Origin: Candidatus Omnitrophota bacterium
GTDB lineage: Bacteria; Omnitrophota; Gorgyraeia; Gygaellales; Profunditerraquicolaceae
Direction: 5' to 3'
Assembly: GCA_041651115.1 (NCBI GenBank)
Contig: JBAZJY010000005.1
Span: 6,405 to 70,404 of the forward strand
Length of the DNA stretch: 64,000 bases
Part shown: positions 1-8,835 of the stretch, piece by piece
Layout of the letters: the number at the start of each line of letters is the position of its first letter
Numbering within the stretch: position 1 is the stretch's first letter
Notes under the pieces: generated by a model
The model's input: the letters and a program-made list of their open reading frames with translations, nothing else
Told to the model about the DNA's origin: nothing
The model's database searches: none
Position numbers and translations under genes: made by a program

Positions 1-178
1 CTCCGGCATCTACCGGGGTGGAATTTACCAAGTAAGAATACAGCTACATAATCAGGCGGATATAGAGAGAGCTACGGGGTATTGGTCAAAAATTACCGGT
101 GTAAAAAGCGATCAGTTTACAAAAGCATATGTAAAAACAAGTCCCAACAAAAATCAAAGGTTGGATACAAGGTTTTAT

Positions 179-253
179 GGCGCTATCGTCTAGCCTGGTC
201 TAGGACATCAGCTTCTCAAGCTGAGTACACGAGTTCAAATCTCGTTAGCGCTA
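179..253 (+). tRNA. tRNA-Glu, anticodon CUC read from the fold
   Basis: Cloverleaf by eye: acceptor GGCGCTA/TAGCGCT (one G:U), D-arm GTCT..GGAC, anticodon stem TCAGC/GCTGA with loop TTCTCAA, T-arm ACGAG-TTCAAAT-CTCGT, discriminator A, no encoded CCA. The D-arm TCGTCTAG..CAGGAC resembles E. coli tRNA-Glu. Confidence 0.7.
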
Positions 254-337
254 TTTACTATTTTTAATCAGAAAAGAATTCACTTGATTTTTGTAAAGGA
301 TTGTGGTAAAAAGAGAACAAATAATGGAGAATAATTA

Positions 338-580
338 ATGCGGGAACATTTGGGATTTCTTAGGGTGTCCAGTGCGGTCGTGAAGATGGCTGCCTGGATT
401 TTTTTGTTGTTGGGCCTGAGCGGCGGGATCGCGATCTTTCTCGGTAAGGTCCCCGGATATCCGAGCTGGACCGGTGCAGTGATAATTGCGGTGTACGCGT
501 TCGTCTTTTTCTTCCTTTCTTTGATCGCGAAGATCGCTGATCTGCTGGGTAAGATCATTAACGAAATAAAAAAAGAATAA
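338..580 (+). CDS. small hypothetical membrane protein with two predicted TM helices
   Basis: 80-aa ORF with two hydrophobic stretches (AAWIFLLLGLSGGIAIFLG and AVIIAVYAFVFFFLSLIA). GGAG lies about 9 nt upstream of the ATG. No recognised family. Confidence 0.35.
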   Translation: MREHLGFLRVSSAVVKMAAWIFLLLGLSGGIAIFLGKVPGYPSWTGAVIIAVYAFVFFFLSLIAKIADLLGKIINEIKKE

Positions 581-638
581 ACGCACCCAAACCTAAAGGA
601 TGGTTTGGTGTGCACTTACTGTGCGAGGAGGTTTAAAA

Positions 639-1553
639 ATGAAACGCCTGATCTTATTTGTTGCGGCAGCGGGTTTTGTGTTTTGCGGCCTGACCGGCTG
701 CGACAAAATGAATTTTCTTAAGCCTAAAAAAGCCGAAGTTGTCAAGGAAAGCCCGGCGGCAGCCCCGGCAGTCGCCGTAAAGGGCCCGGTAGTCGCGAAA
801 GTAAATAATATGCCCATCGGGCTGGAAGACCTGAATCAGGAAGTGGAAAGTTATAATTCAATGGTGCCCGAAGAAAATCCGGAAATGAAGATTGTTACGC
901 GCGAGAAAAAACTGTCCTATCTAAAAGACGAAATGGTGCGCCGGATGCTGCTTTATCAGGCAGCTTTAGACCGCGGCCTTGACCGCAACGAAGACGTGGT
1001 AGACGCGCTGGCAAAGACCAAGATGGACCTCCTGGTAGTCTCTCTGGTCAAGCAGGAAGCCGATAAGATAAACGTGACCTCCAAAGATATCGAAGATTAT
1101 TATAATACTTATAAAGATCAGCTTAAAGAGCCGGAAGAAGTGAGCATCAGGGAAATAGTATTGGCCGGCGAGCCGGAAGCAAAAGACGTCCTGGTGCAGT
1201 TGCTCCAGGGTGGTGATTTTGCCACGCTGGCAAGAGAGCGCTCAAAAGGCAAGACCGCCAATAACGGCGGCGACCTGGGGTTTGTCGCGCTCGACGGTAT
1301 TTTTAAGGAAATGGCCAATGTTGCCGCTACTTTGGATGCCGGCCAGATCTCCAGCGTGTTCAAGGGCCCCGAGGGTTATTATATTATCAAGGTTGAGGCA
1401 AAGCGCGGCGGTAAGCAGAAAACACTCAATGAAATGTGGGATGATATCAAGCGCGGCCTGACTTTCTTAAAACAGCAGCAGCAGGTAGAAGATCTGATCG
1501 GTAAACTTTCCCGCCAGGCAAAGATAGAAGTTTACGAAGGAGAGATAAAGTAA
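639..1553 (+). CDS. parvulin-type peptidyl-prolyl cis-trans isomerase lipoprotein (PrsA/SurA-like)
   Basis: GAGGAGG RBS before the ATG at 639. Lipoprotein signal MKRLILFVAAAGFVFCGLTGC with an LTGC lipobox. C-terminal parvulin domain with a GGDLGFV motif and FKGPEGYYIIKV. Confidence 0.7.
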   Translation: MKRLILFVAAAGFVFCGLTGCDKMNFLKPKKAEVVKESPAAAPAVAVKGPVVAKVNNMPIGLEDLNQEVESYNSMVPEENPEMKIVTREKKLSYLKDEMVRRMLLYQAALDRGLDRNEDVVDALAKTKMDLLVVSLVKQEADKINVTSKDIEDYYNTYKDQLKEPEEVSIREIVLAGEPEAKDVLVQLLQGGDFATLARERSKGKTANNGGDLGFVALDGIFKEMANVAATLDAGQISSVFKGPEGYYIIKVEAKRGGKQKTLNEMWDDIKRGLTFLKQQQQVEDLIGKLSRQAKIEVYEGEIK

Positions 1554-2477
1554 ATGCGGAAAAAACTGCCTTTAATAATAGGTATAGTTTTGGCTTTAGT
1601 AGCCGCGTATCTGATAAAGGTTTATACTGACCAGCAGCGCCAGCTTATTATTGAGGACGCAAGAAAAAAGATAGAGAAGATAAGGACAGAACAGGTGCCG
1701 ATACTTATAGCGGCAAAGGACATCCCTAAAGGCGCGGTCATTGATAAAGAAAGCGTGGGCGTTGCCATTGCGCCTATACAGCATGTACAGCCCCAGGCGG
1801 CTACGTCATTGGACAGGGTTGCCGGTATGATCGCGGTTGTCCCTCTGTCAAAAGGCGAGCAGATCACCTTGAATAAATTAATGTCGTCCAAAGAAGCTGT
1901 GGGCACCGGCTCTCTGGCAATGACCACTCCTATAGGTAAAAGGGCGGTCACTATATCCGTAGATAATATTTCCGCAGTCGGAGGCATGATCTTACCGGGT
2001 GATTATATTGATGTATCGGTGATGATCAGCGTGCCGGTTACAAACCCGGACGGCAAACAGGTTTCGCAGCAAGCAGTTGTGCCTTTGTTTCAGAACATCC
2101 TCGTGCTTGCCGTAGGCCAGGAATTGGCTGCAATGCCTGAAGTGGCGGCAGAAGGCCGTTATGCCAAGAAAGGCAGCAAGCGGGAATTTTCTCCGGCAAT
2201 CACTTTGGCGCTTAGCCCCCAGGAAGCAAATGTCCTCGCTTTTGTCCAGGAGCAGGGAAAGATCCGCCTGTCCCTGCGTTCGCCTTCCGATGCCAAGATC
2301 GAATCAGTGCAACCGGCAAGCTGGGATAGCTTATTCCAGTATCTTATGCCGAAAGAAGAGTTGGAAGCGCAGGCAAGGCAGCGGCAGAAAAAACCCGAGG
2401 AGCCTGCCCCGGAACCGGAGTCATACGTGGAAGTATATAGAGGCTTAAATAAAGAAAAAGTTCCCCTGTTCAAGTGA
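1554..2477 (+). CDS. cpaB: Flp pilus assembly protein CpaB/RcpC
   Basis: N-terminal TM anchor (LPLIIGIVLALVAAYLI), an SAF-like domain (IAAKDIPKGAVIDKESV) and an RcpC-like region (NILVLAVGQ). First gene of a co-oriented Tad cluster. Confidence 0.7.
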   Translation: MRKKLPLIIGIVLALVAAYLIKVYTDQQRQLIIEDARKKIEKIRTEQVPILIAAKDIPKGAVIDKESVGVAIAPIQHVQPQAATSLDRVAGMIAVVPLSKGEQITLNKLMSSKEAVGTGSLAMTTPIGKRAVTISVDNISAVGGMILPGDYIDVSVMISVPVTNPDGKQVSQQAVVPLFQNILVLAVGQELAAMPEVAAEGRYAKKGSKREFSPAITLALSPQEANVLAFVQEQGKIRLSLRSPSDAKIESVQPASWDSLFQYLMPKEELEAQARQRQKKPEEPAPEPESYVEVYRGLNKEKVPLFK

Positions 2478-2487
2478 GGCCGATAAA

Positions 2488-4101
2488 ATGAGAAAGTCTT
2501 TCCTGTCAGTTATTTTGGTGCTTGCGGCAATAACGATGTTCCCTCTTCAGCAGTATGCTTCCGACAGCATAGACGAAGAAATAAAATTATATATGGGTGA
2601 ATTAAAAGTCATCCCGGTCAACGGTATTGCCCGCATTGCCATCGGTAATCCCGCAGTAGCCGACGTAGTTAACGTCGCTAAAACCGAAATAACCATTAGC
2701 CCCAAAGCCCCGGGAACAACCACTTTAGTTTACTGGGACCTTTACGGCGAGCAGTCGTATAAATTAAAAGTTTTTGCGGAAGATATCACAGAGGCAAAAC
2801 GCCGGGTGGATAATCTTTTATCAAAACTTGACCTGCCCGGAGTTTACGCCCAGGCAGAAGAAGACGAGGGAAAAGTATTATTGCTTGGCACGGTAAAGGA
2901 GCCCCAGGACCGCGAAAAGATCGCATTGGCATTAGGAACCTTAAAGGACAAGACAGTTGATCTTATTACCGTAAAGGAAGAAGAAACCGCAGTTGAGATA
3001 GACGTGCAGGTGTTAGAGTTGGATAAAGACGCTACCAAGACATTAGGCTTTACTAATCCTCTGCAGGGCACGACCAGCATTACCGAAGTCGGTTCAGATA
3101 GCCTGACTTCAGTTTGGTGGACCAGGATTTTCCGGGTGGCAAACGTTAAAAGAGATACGGCATTTAACTGGACCATTACGATGCTGGAGCAGGAAGGCAA
3201 AGCGCGCATACTTTCCCGTCCGCGGCTTGCCTGCCAGAGCGGTAAGGAAGCGGAATTGTCCATCGGCGGTGAAAAGCCGGTATTTACTACCGACGTTGCT
3301 TCCGCAGGCGGAGAAGGCACCAGCGTTGACTATAAAGAATTCGGGATCAAGCTAAAGATTAAGCCTACGGTAACCACGGATAACCGTATCAAAGTAGCGT
3401 TAAACGTGGAGATCAGCGAAGTCGGGGTAGCGGATACGATCGGCGCTGCTAACGCGCCCACGGCCAAGGCGTATCCCCTGACCAAGCGCACAGTATCTAC
3501 CGAGCTTTTCCTTGATGACGGCCAGACATTGGCAGTCGGAGGGTTGATCAAGCAAAAACAGGAAGAGAGCCTTACAAAAACCCCCTGGTTGGCAGACCTG
3601 CCGGTTGTGGGAGGGCTTTTCCGTAAAAGAAGCACGACAACAGGCGGCGGGTTCGGAGAAAAGGGCAATACCGAATTATTCATTACCCTTACGCCTAAGA
3701 TTGTCGGCAGGCAAATTGACGCTGCTTCCGGCCAAACAGAAAAAAGTGCGGCAGGTAAAAGCAGTATAACTTCTCCGGCGGCAGAATCTCTCATGGGTGA
3801 GAATGTGCCCGCCGAAATGAAAAGCTATGTCCGCATTATTCAGAAGCGCATCCTTGATAATATAAGCTATCCGGTTTCGGCAAAAGAAGCAGGTTTCCAG
3901 GGGACGGTAAAATTAAGCTTGCATTTGTCTTACCTTGGCCAGCTCATTGATGCTACGGTCAAACAGTCTTCGGGATACAAGATCCTCGACGACAATGCCG
4001 TTACCACGAGCCGCCAGTTGATTTCTTATCCGCCGTTTCCTCCCTCAATAGATAAGAAAGACCTGTGGATAGATATCCCGATACTATACCGCTTGGATTA
4101 A
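2488..4101 (+). CDS. cpaC: Tad secretin CpaC/RcpA with an extra C-terminal TonB_C-like domain
   Basis: Signal peptide. CpaC N-terminal domain (IPVNGIARIAIGNPAVADVVNV...TTLVYWD). Secretin domain (RPRLACQSGKEAELSIGGEKPV...LAVGGLIKQKQEE...TPWLADLPVVGGLFR...ELFITLTPKIV). The last ~90 aa (YPVSAKEAGFQGTVKLSLHLSYLGQLIDATVKQSSGYKILDDNAVTTSRQLISYPPFPP) fit the TonB C-terminal fold. Confidence 0.8.
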   Translation: MRKSFLSVILVLAAITMFPLQQYASDSIDEEIKLYMGELKVIPVNGIARIAIGNPAVADVVNVAKTEITISPKAPGTTTLVYWDLYGEQSYKLKVFAEDITEAKRRVDNLLSKLDLPGVYAQAEEDEGKVLLLGTVKEPQDREKIALALGTLKDKTVDLITVKEEETAVEIDVQVLELDKDATKTLGFTNPLQGTTSITEVGSDSLTSVWWTRIFRVANVKRDTAFNWTITMLEQEGKARILSRPRLACQSGKEAELSIGGEKPVFTTDVASAGGEGTSVDYKEFGIKLKIKPTVTTDNRIKVALNVEISEVGVADTIGAANAPTAKAYPLTKRTVSTELFLDDGQTLAVGGLIKQKQEESLTKTPWLADLPVVGGLFRKRSTTTGGGFGEKGNTELFITLTPKIVGRQIDAASGQTEKSAAGKSSITSPAAESLMGENVPAEMKSYVRIIQKRILDNISYPVSAKEAGFQGTVKLSLHLSYLGQLIDATVKQSSGYKILDDNAVTTSRQLISYPPFPPSIDKKDLWIDIPILYRLD

Positions 4102-4110
4102 AAACCGTAA

Positions 4111-6264
4111 ATGGCTAAGACAATAGTAGTATTCAGCACAAAAGGCGGCGTGGGTAAAACCCTGGTCGCCTCCAACCTTGCCGTATCATTGGCCAAGGAC
4201 CAGAACCAGCGGGTCTGCCTCCTGGATTTTGACCTCCAGGCGATCGGCGACATGTCGCGGATGCTCGGGCTTAACCCCGAAAGGTCGCTGGTAGATATGC
4301 TGGAGCCTTTGAAACAGCAAGGCGCTGATTTTAAAAAAGACCAGTTTTTCAACCGCAATGCTTTTGGAGTTGACTTCTTACCCGCAGTTTTAAAACCCCA
4401 GCATATCCCCAGCCTTAACCCCGAAGGAATAAGAAATGCCTTCAGCCTGCTGGATAAAGAGTACGATTATATCATCGTCGACGGCGGTAAAAGTTTTAAC
4501 GACGCTTTTATGGCGGCATTAAATCAAGCCAATCTTATCCTGTTGGTAATTACTCCGGATATTCTTTCCATATATCAAACTAAACTGGCATTTGATACGC
4601 TGCAGTTCCTGCATTTCCCGCTTTCAATGCTGCGCATCGTTTTAAACCGCGCTGAATCGCTGGCAAGCATCAGCTGGCAGGAGATCAGGGCAAATCTGCC
4701 CGTAGATATCGTTTCGCTTATTCCGTCGGAAGGCAGGGTCGTCGGCCAGGCAGTGAACCGCGGTATACCGGTTGTCGTTGATAATCCCCGCTCAAAGATT
4801 GGCCTGGCAATAAAGAAACTCGCCTTTGATGTTACTAAAGACAGCGGCCTGTTTATTGAGCGCCGTAATTTAGACGAGCTGCAGCTTAAGGAAGAGCCGT
4901 TTGAGAAGTCGGGCGACTTTTGGAAAAAACAGGGCCTCTCGGAAACAATCGCCGAATCCGCATATTCCGAAGAAAGGGATGAAATACAACTTTTAAAACG
5001 CAGGATCCATAACCGCTTGATTGATGAGCTTGATTTGAAACGGCTGGATCTGAAGGTCTTTTCCGACGCTAAGAAAAACAGAGAGATAAATGATAAAGCC
5101 GAGATCCTGGTTGCTAATCTTTTGGCGGATGAAGCCGGCAGCCTGATCTCTTCCCAGGAAGAGCGTAAGAAGATCGTCAAGGAAATCTTAAACGAAGCCT
5201 TGAGGCTCGGGCCCCTGGAAGATTTACTTGCTGACCCGGATGTCACCGACATCATGGTCAACAATAAGGATGAAGTTTACGTAGAACGCAGGGGAAGGAT
5301 TGAGCGGACTGATAAAAAATTCGTTTCCAATATTCAGGTAAAGACGGTTATTGAGCGTATTATTGCGCCCATCGGCAGGCGTATTGATGAAAGCGTTCCA
5401 ATGGTAGATGCCCGCCTGCCTGACGGTTCGCGCGTAAACGCGATCATCCCGCCGCTTTCGCTGACCGGCCCGGCGCTGACAATCAGAAAATTCCGCAAGG
5501 AAAGGTTTAAGATAGACGAGTTGATCGGGATGAACAGTTTAAATTCGGCAATGTCTATATTCTTACAGGCATGCGTAGCCTCGCGCAAAAATATCATTGT
5601 TTCAGGCGGCACAGGTTCCGGTAAAACTACGGTATTGAATGTCTTGTCCGGTTTTATTCCCGACCGGGAGCGCATTATCACCATTGAAGACGCGGCAGAA
5701 TTAAGGCTGCACCAGACCCATTGGATAAGGCTGGAATCACGGCCTCCGAATATTGAAGGAAAGGGCGCGGTGACCATCCGCGATCTTTTCCGTAATACCC
5801 TGCGTATGCGGCCGGACCGCATCATCATCGGCGAATGCCGCGGCATTGAGACATTAGACATGCTCCAGGCAATGAACACCGGCCACGACGGGTCTATGAC
5901 CACTATCCATGCCAATTCCACGTTTGATGCATTAACCAGGCTTGATTCAATGATCCTGATGTCCGGCGTGGACCTGCCGGTCAGGTCAATACGCGAGATG
6001 ATCGCTTCAGCGATTGATATGATTGTCCACACTGCGCGGCTTGCCGACGGCACGCGTAAGATTACCCAAGTAAGCGAGATCTCCGGTATGAAGGAAGACG
6101 GGCACATTGGGCTGCAGGATGTTTTTATGTTCAAGCAGACCGGCATTGACAAGCAACAGATGGCAATAGGTAATTTCTATGCTACCGGATATGTGCCATC
6201 GTTTATTGAAGAAATGAAAGTAAGAGGCATTGCCCTTCCCGAAGATCTCTTCAAAACCCCGTGA
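4111..6264 (+). CDS. fused CpaE/TadZ-like ParA-family ATPase (N-terminal) and CpaF/TadA secretion ATPase (C-terminal)
   Basis: N-terminal deviant Walker A KGGVGKT (MinD/ParA family, as in CpaE/TadZ). C-terminal half has Walker A GGTGSGKTT, RIITIEDAAEL, GHDGSMTTIHANS and a T2SSE-family His box. One continuous 717-aa ORF. Confidence 0.8.
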   Translation: MAKTIVVFSTKGGVGKTLVASNLAVSLAKDQNQRVCLLDFDLQAIGDMSRMLGLNPERSLVDMLEPLKQQGADFKKDQFFNRNAFGVDFLPAVLKPQHIPSLNPEGIRNAFSLLDKEYDYIIVDGGKSFNDAFMAALNQANLILLVITPDILSIYQTKLAFDTLQFLHFPLSMLRIVLNRAESLASISWQEIRANLPVDIVSLIPSEGRVVGQAVNRGIPVVVDNPRSKIGLAIKKLAFDVTKDSGLFIERRNLDELQLKEEPFEKSGDFWKKQGLSETIAESAYSEERDEIQLLKRRIHNRLIDELDLKRLDLKVFSDAKKNREINDKAEILVANLLADEAGSLISSQEERKKIVKEILNEALRLGPLEDLLADPDVTDIMVNNKDEVYVERRGRIERTDKKFVSNIQVKTVIERIIAPIGRRIDESVPMVDARLPDGSRVNAIIPPLSLTGPALTIRKFRKERFKIDELIGMNSLNSAMSIFLQACVASRKNIIVSGGTGSGKTTVLNVLSGFIPDRERIITIEDAAELRLHQTHWIRLESRPPNIEGKGAVTIRDLFRNTLRMRPDRIIIGECRGIETLDMLQAMNTGHDGSMTTIHANSTFDALTRLDSMILMSGVDLPVRSIREMIASAIDMIVHTARLADGTRKITQVSEISGMKEDGHIGLQDVFMFKQTGIDKQQMAIGNFYATGYVPSFIEEMKVRGIALPEDLFKTP

Positions 6265-6608
6265 AAATAATAAACATCACAAAAGGCACTGTCGTAGCAG
6301 ATAATGCCGTTATCGCTTCTACTTTTTTTAAGCGTCTCAAAGGCCTGCTTGGTAGAAAAAGCATTGAGAAGGGCGAAGCGCTTATAATACAATCCTGCAA
6401 TTCTATCCACAGTTTTTTTATGCGTTTTCCCATTGATGTCCTATTTGTTAATAAGACCGATAAAGTAGTTGCTGTCACAAATTCCTTTGCTCCTTTTCGT
6501 ATCAGCAAGATCTATTTTACCGCTTCTTATGTTATTGAGCTTCCCGCCGGCTCTATAAAAGCTACTTCTACCTCTGTGGGAGATAAGATAGAAATAACTG
6601 CTGGTTAA
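6261..6608 (+). CDS. DUF192 (COG1430) family protein
   Basis: 115 aa. GTG start overlaps the upstream TGA (GTGA), suggesting translational coupling. LKGLLGRK...GEALII..CNSIHSFFMRFPIDVLFV...VIELPAG matches the DUF192 pattern. Confidence 0.55.
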   Translation: MKIINITKGTVVADNAVIASTFFKRLKGLLGRKSIEKGEALIIQSCNSIHSFFMRFPIDVLFVNKTDKVVAVTNSFAPFRISKIYFTASYVIELPAGSIKATSTSVGDKIEITAG

Positions 6609-6725
6609 GGTATTGGGTTAGGGTTAAGATGCCAGTATGGTAGGTGGGTTAAGGTTAAGGATTAATGGCCTAACCTCAACCTCTAAACCATACCGGCTTC
6701 TTGACCGTAACCTTAACCATAGCCT
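6603..6725. repeat. ~120-bp palindromic hairpin repeat (GGTTAAGG / CCGGTATGGTA family), copy 1
   Basis: Left arm ggttaaggtattgggttagggttaag..ccagtatggta..ggttaaggttaagg, and right arm cctaacc..aaaccataccggcttc..ccttaaccatagcc is its reverse complement. The same architecture recurs at 19377, 20634/21199, 21364 and 29199. Confidence 0.8.
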
Positions 6726-6730
6726 ATCTA

Positions 6731-6795
6731 ATGTCCATTGACAATCCCTATCTTTAATGATATTCTGGCTTTATAAATGTCCAATCTGAGGAGAG
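6731..6795 (+). promoter_or_regulatory. pair of AATGTCCA(A/T)T boxes overlapping a candidate sigma70-like promoter and RBS for the 6797 gene
   Basis: Boxes at 6731-6741 (aatgtccattg) and 6775-6787 (aaatgtccaatct). TTGACA (6738-6743), 17 nt, then TATTCT. GAGGAG RBS 6788-6793 before the ATG at 6797. The same box recurs at 21313, 21343, 29131 and 29161. Confidence 0.4.
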
Positions 6796-6796
6796 C

Positions 6797-8323
6797 ATGG
6801 GGGTTGTCCATAAATTAACACCGGAAGTCAGGCAATTTGTCCTTGAAAAAAAGCAGCTTAACCCGGAATTAAGCTGCCGGAAGATCAGTTCATTGGTTCT
6901 GGACAAATTCCAGTTCAAGCTCTCCAAGTCCAGCGCCAATGCCATATTTAAGGAAGCAGGTTTAAGCTTAGCCGTAGGCAGGCGGCGCAGCCGCGCTCCG
7001 CTGCCTAAATCTAAACCGTTTATTTATTCCGGCCTTGCGCTTTTTAAAGCCGCGGACAGTATGTTCGGCGGCTCCTTTCATATCAGCGAAGCAATAAAGC
7101 GCGTTGCCGGCGACCCGGATGCCGCGTTAAAAACTGAAAGCCTGCTTGAAGCGCATATCCTGAAGTCCGCGTTAGGCCTGCCGGTGAGTTGGCCTCAATC
7201 TTTTGCCGGAAGTCTTAACCGCAATTCCGGCCTGCTTTCAGAGATCAGCCAGGTATTAAAAAATATCAGCCAGGTCGCCGGCGGTGTTAAAGCCGTTACC
7301 ACCGACGGAAAAGAATTCTATCTTGACGGCCAACTGCACACGCTTTGGCAATCCTCTCAAATCCCGTCTGCGCTTTCCTGCCCTGCCCATAATTTAGAGC
7401 AGCGTATCCTGCAGCAGGCCAAAGGAAAACTGCCGTTCGTACTTTTTTTTGCCCCGGGATTTCGTGAGCCAACGCAGATGTTTTTTGATTTTATCCGCGG
7501 CTTCTCCGATACAGAAAAAAAATTTTCCCACTTCGTTGCGTATAATTATAACCTTGAAGAGCTCAAAAGTATAAAGCTTCCGGAGCCTGCAGGAATAATT
7601 TTCGGCATCTGGCCGTGGCAATTCAAGGAATATATAAAAATAAACGCTGTCTCCGGAATTAAAAAATTTGAATTTGCTCCGCTTAAAAAAGAATTTTTTA
7701 TCTCCGCGGTGGATGTTGAGCTTAAGCAGCCAAAACTGGATGCGACTTTGCATTTTAACGGCTGCCTGCTGAAAGCAAACGCGGAAGAAAAAACCGGTTT
7801 AATTGTTTTAGGCAGCCCGCAGCCCGCAGCTAGTGATCCTGCGGCCCTGGCTAAGGCTTACCTGGAGCATTGGCCTGACCCAACAGGCTCTTTTCAAAGC
7901 TTTAGCCGCAAGGTTGAGGCATCAACCAAGCAAAAAGATACGCAAGACAACGGGGAAGAGACCACATTGTCATTGCGAAGTGCCGCAGGCGCTGAAGCAA
8001 TCCCAATCCCCGGCCTCGATTCCTTACTTGATAACTATCTGAAAACATTAGAGTTATATGTTAGAGATAACCTGCTGCCGGGTAAATATTCAACTGAAAG
8101 CGCGACAATAATAAAAGAGCGTTTTTACCTGTTTGAGTGCGGCCTGACAAAAACAAAAGATAATCTATTTATAAATTTTAAACTTTCCCATGAAGCCGAT
8201 TCTATAAAAGACATTACCTATATCTGCAATCAGGTTAATGAAAAAATAATAATTATGCCTGACAGCCGCAGGCTTTGGCTGGCAGTTTGCTTAGAAAACG
8301 CTTTCCCGGAGGCAGGCAAATGA
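6797..8323 (+). CDS. hypothetical protein with N-terminal helix-turn-helix-like domain
   Basis: 508 aa. The first ~60 aa (LTPEVRQFVLEKKQLNPELSCRKISSLVLDKFQFKLSKSSANAIFKEAGL) look like a homeodomain / transposase-N-type HTH. The rest has no recognised domain. Sits directly downstream of the box pair and hairpin repeat. Confidence 0.5.
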   Translation: MGVVHKLTPEVRQFVLEKKQLNPELSCRKISSLVLDKFQFKLSKSSANAIFKEAGLSLAVGRRRSRAPLPKSKPFIYSGLALFKAADSMFGGSFHISEAIKRVAGDPDAALKTESLLEAHILKSALGLPVSWPQSFAGSLNRNSGLLSEISQVLKNISQVAGGVKAVTTDGKEFYLDGQLHTLWQSSQIPSALSCPAHNLEQRILQQAKGKLPFVLFFAPGFREPTQMFFDFIRGFSDTEKKFSHFVAYNYNLEELKSIKLPEPAGIIFGIWPWQFKEYIKINAVSGIKKFEFAPLKKEFFISAVDVELKQPKLDATLHFNGCLLKANAEEKTGLIVLGSPQPAASDPAALAKAYLEHWPDPTGSFQSFSRKVEASTKQKDTQDNGEETTLSLRSAAGAEAIPIPGLDSLLDNYLKTLELYVRDNLLPGKYSTESATIIKERFYLFECGLTKTKDNLFINFKLSHEADSIKDITYICNQVNEKIIIMPDSRRLWLAVCLENAFPEAGK

Positions 8324-8468
8324 GATTGACGCTTGTTTGTGCGGATGTTATAGTTAGATTGCGATTATAAATATATATATAAGGTAGGATGGTCGGGGGG
8401 GCCGGCCAAGCAAAGCCACGGATGATGTATACTAATTGTCTTTTTATGATTTTGTGGCGTGAAAGCTT

Positions 8469-8500
8469 GCAGCCGGCAGTATTCTGCCGGCTTTTTATTT
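8469..8500 (+). terminator. Rho-independent terminator-like hairpin just upstream of the first pilin gene
   Basis: Perfect 9-bp stem agccggcag / ctgccggct with loop tatt, followed by TTTTTATTT. It lies 10 nt before the pilin RBS (gggag), so it could also act as a 5'-UTR attenuator. Confidence 0.6.
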
Positions 8501-8510
8501 GGGAGTAAAA

Positions 8511-8834
8511 ATGATTTTTAAAAAAGCATTAAGCCAGAGTACCATTGAATATGTGTTGCTGGTGGCAATCACTATAATCGCGCTGGTGGTAGGAGCGAAT
8601 TTTGTTGATCAGATCAAGGGCGGTGCGTTTCAGGCGCATTTTGATGCGGCAAAACCCTTTGTAGCCGGGGAAACAGTTATCTATACCGCGCAGCCTGAGG
8701 CTCCAAGTAACACAGGCAGTACGGGAAATGTTCCGGCGGGCTGTGAATCCTGCCCCAATGATTGCCAATTGTGGCGGACCCAGGTGGGGCCGGATATGCA
8801 GACTTATTGGCGGTGCCCGCCGAACAGAGGATGA
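8511..8834 (+). CDS. Flp-type pilin paralog P1 with a 4-Cys C-terminal extension
   Basis: GGGAG RBS. Class-III leader MIFKKALSQSTIEY followed by the hydrophobic helix VLLVAITIIALVVGA. C-terminus GCESCPNDC...WRCPP. Confidence 0.6.
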   Translation: MIFKKALSQSTIEYVLLVAITIIALVVGANFVDQIKGGAFQAHFDAAKPFVAGETVIYTAQPEAPSNTGSTGNVPAGCESCPNDCQLWRTQVGPDMQTYWRCPPNRG

Positions 8835-8835
8835 G

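Noticed and set aside
82-267. 61-aa plus-strand ORF
   Set aside because: It overlaps the tRNA-Glu gene completely, has no RBS, and its sequence is low-complexity. It is a tRNA-region artefact.
280-615. Minus-strand ORFs 280-615 and 335-586
   Set aside because: They are antisense to the small membrane-protein ORF and the PPIase 5' region, and have Pro/Arg/Ser-rich shadow-frame composition.
5334-6152. 272-aa minus-strand ORF inside the cpaE-cpaF fusion gene
   Set aside because: The sense strand encodes the conserved TadA Walker A and His-box motifs here. The antisense ORF is Ser/Arg/Pro-rich, typical of a shadow frame.
6797-8323. Transposase call for the HTH-containing 508-aa protein
   Set aside because: Only the N-terminal HTH is recognisable. 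I see no DDE/RNase-H-like triad and no terminal inverted repeats bracketing the gene. It is left as a hypothetical HTH protein and candidate regulator.
8469-8500. Hairpin upstream of pilin P1, considered as part of the hairpin-repeat family
   Set aside because: It is a short 9-bp GC-rich stem with a T-tract, a classic intrinsic terminator. Its sequence is unrelated to the GGTTAAGG/CCGGTATGGTA repeats.
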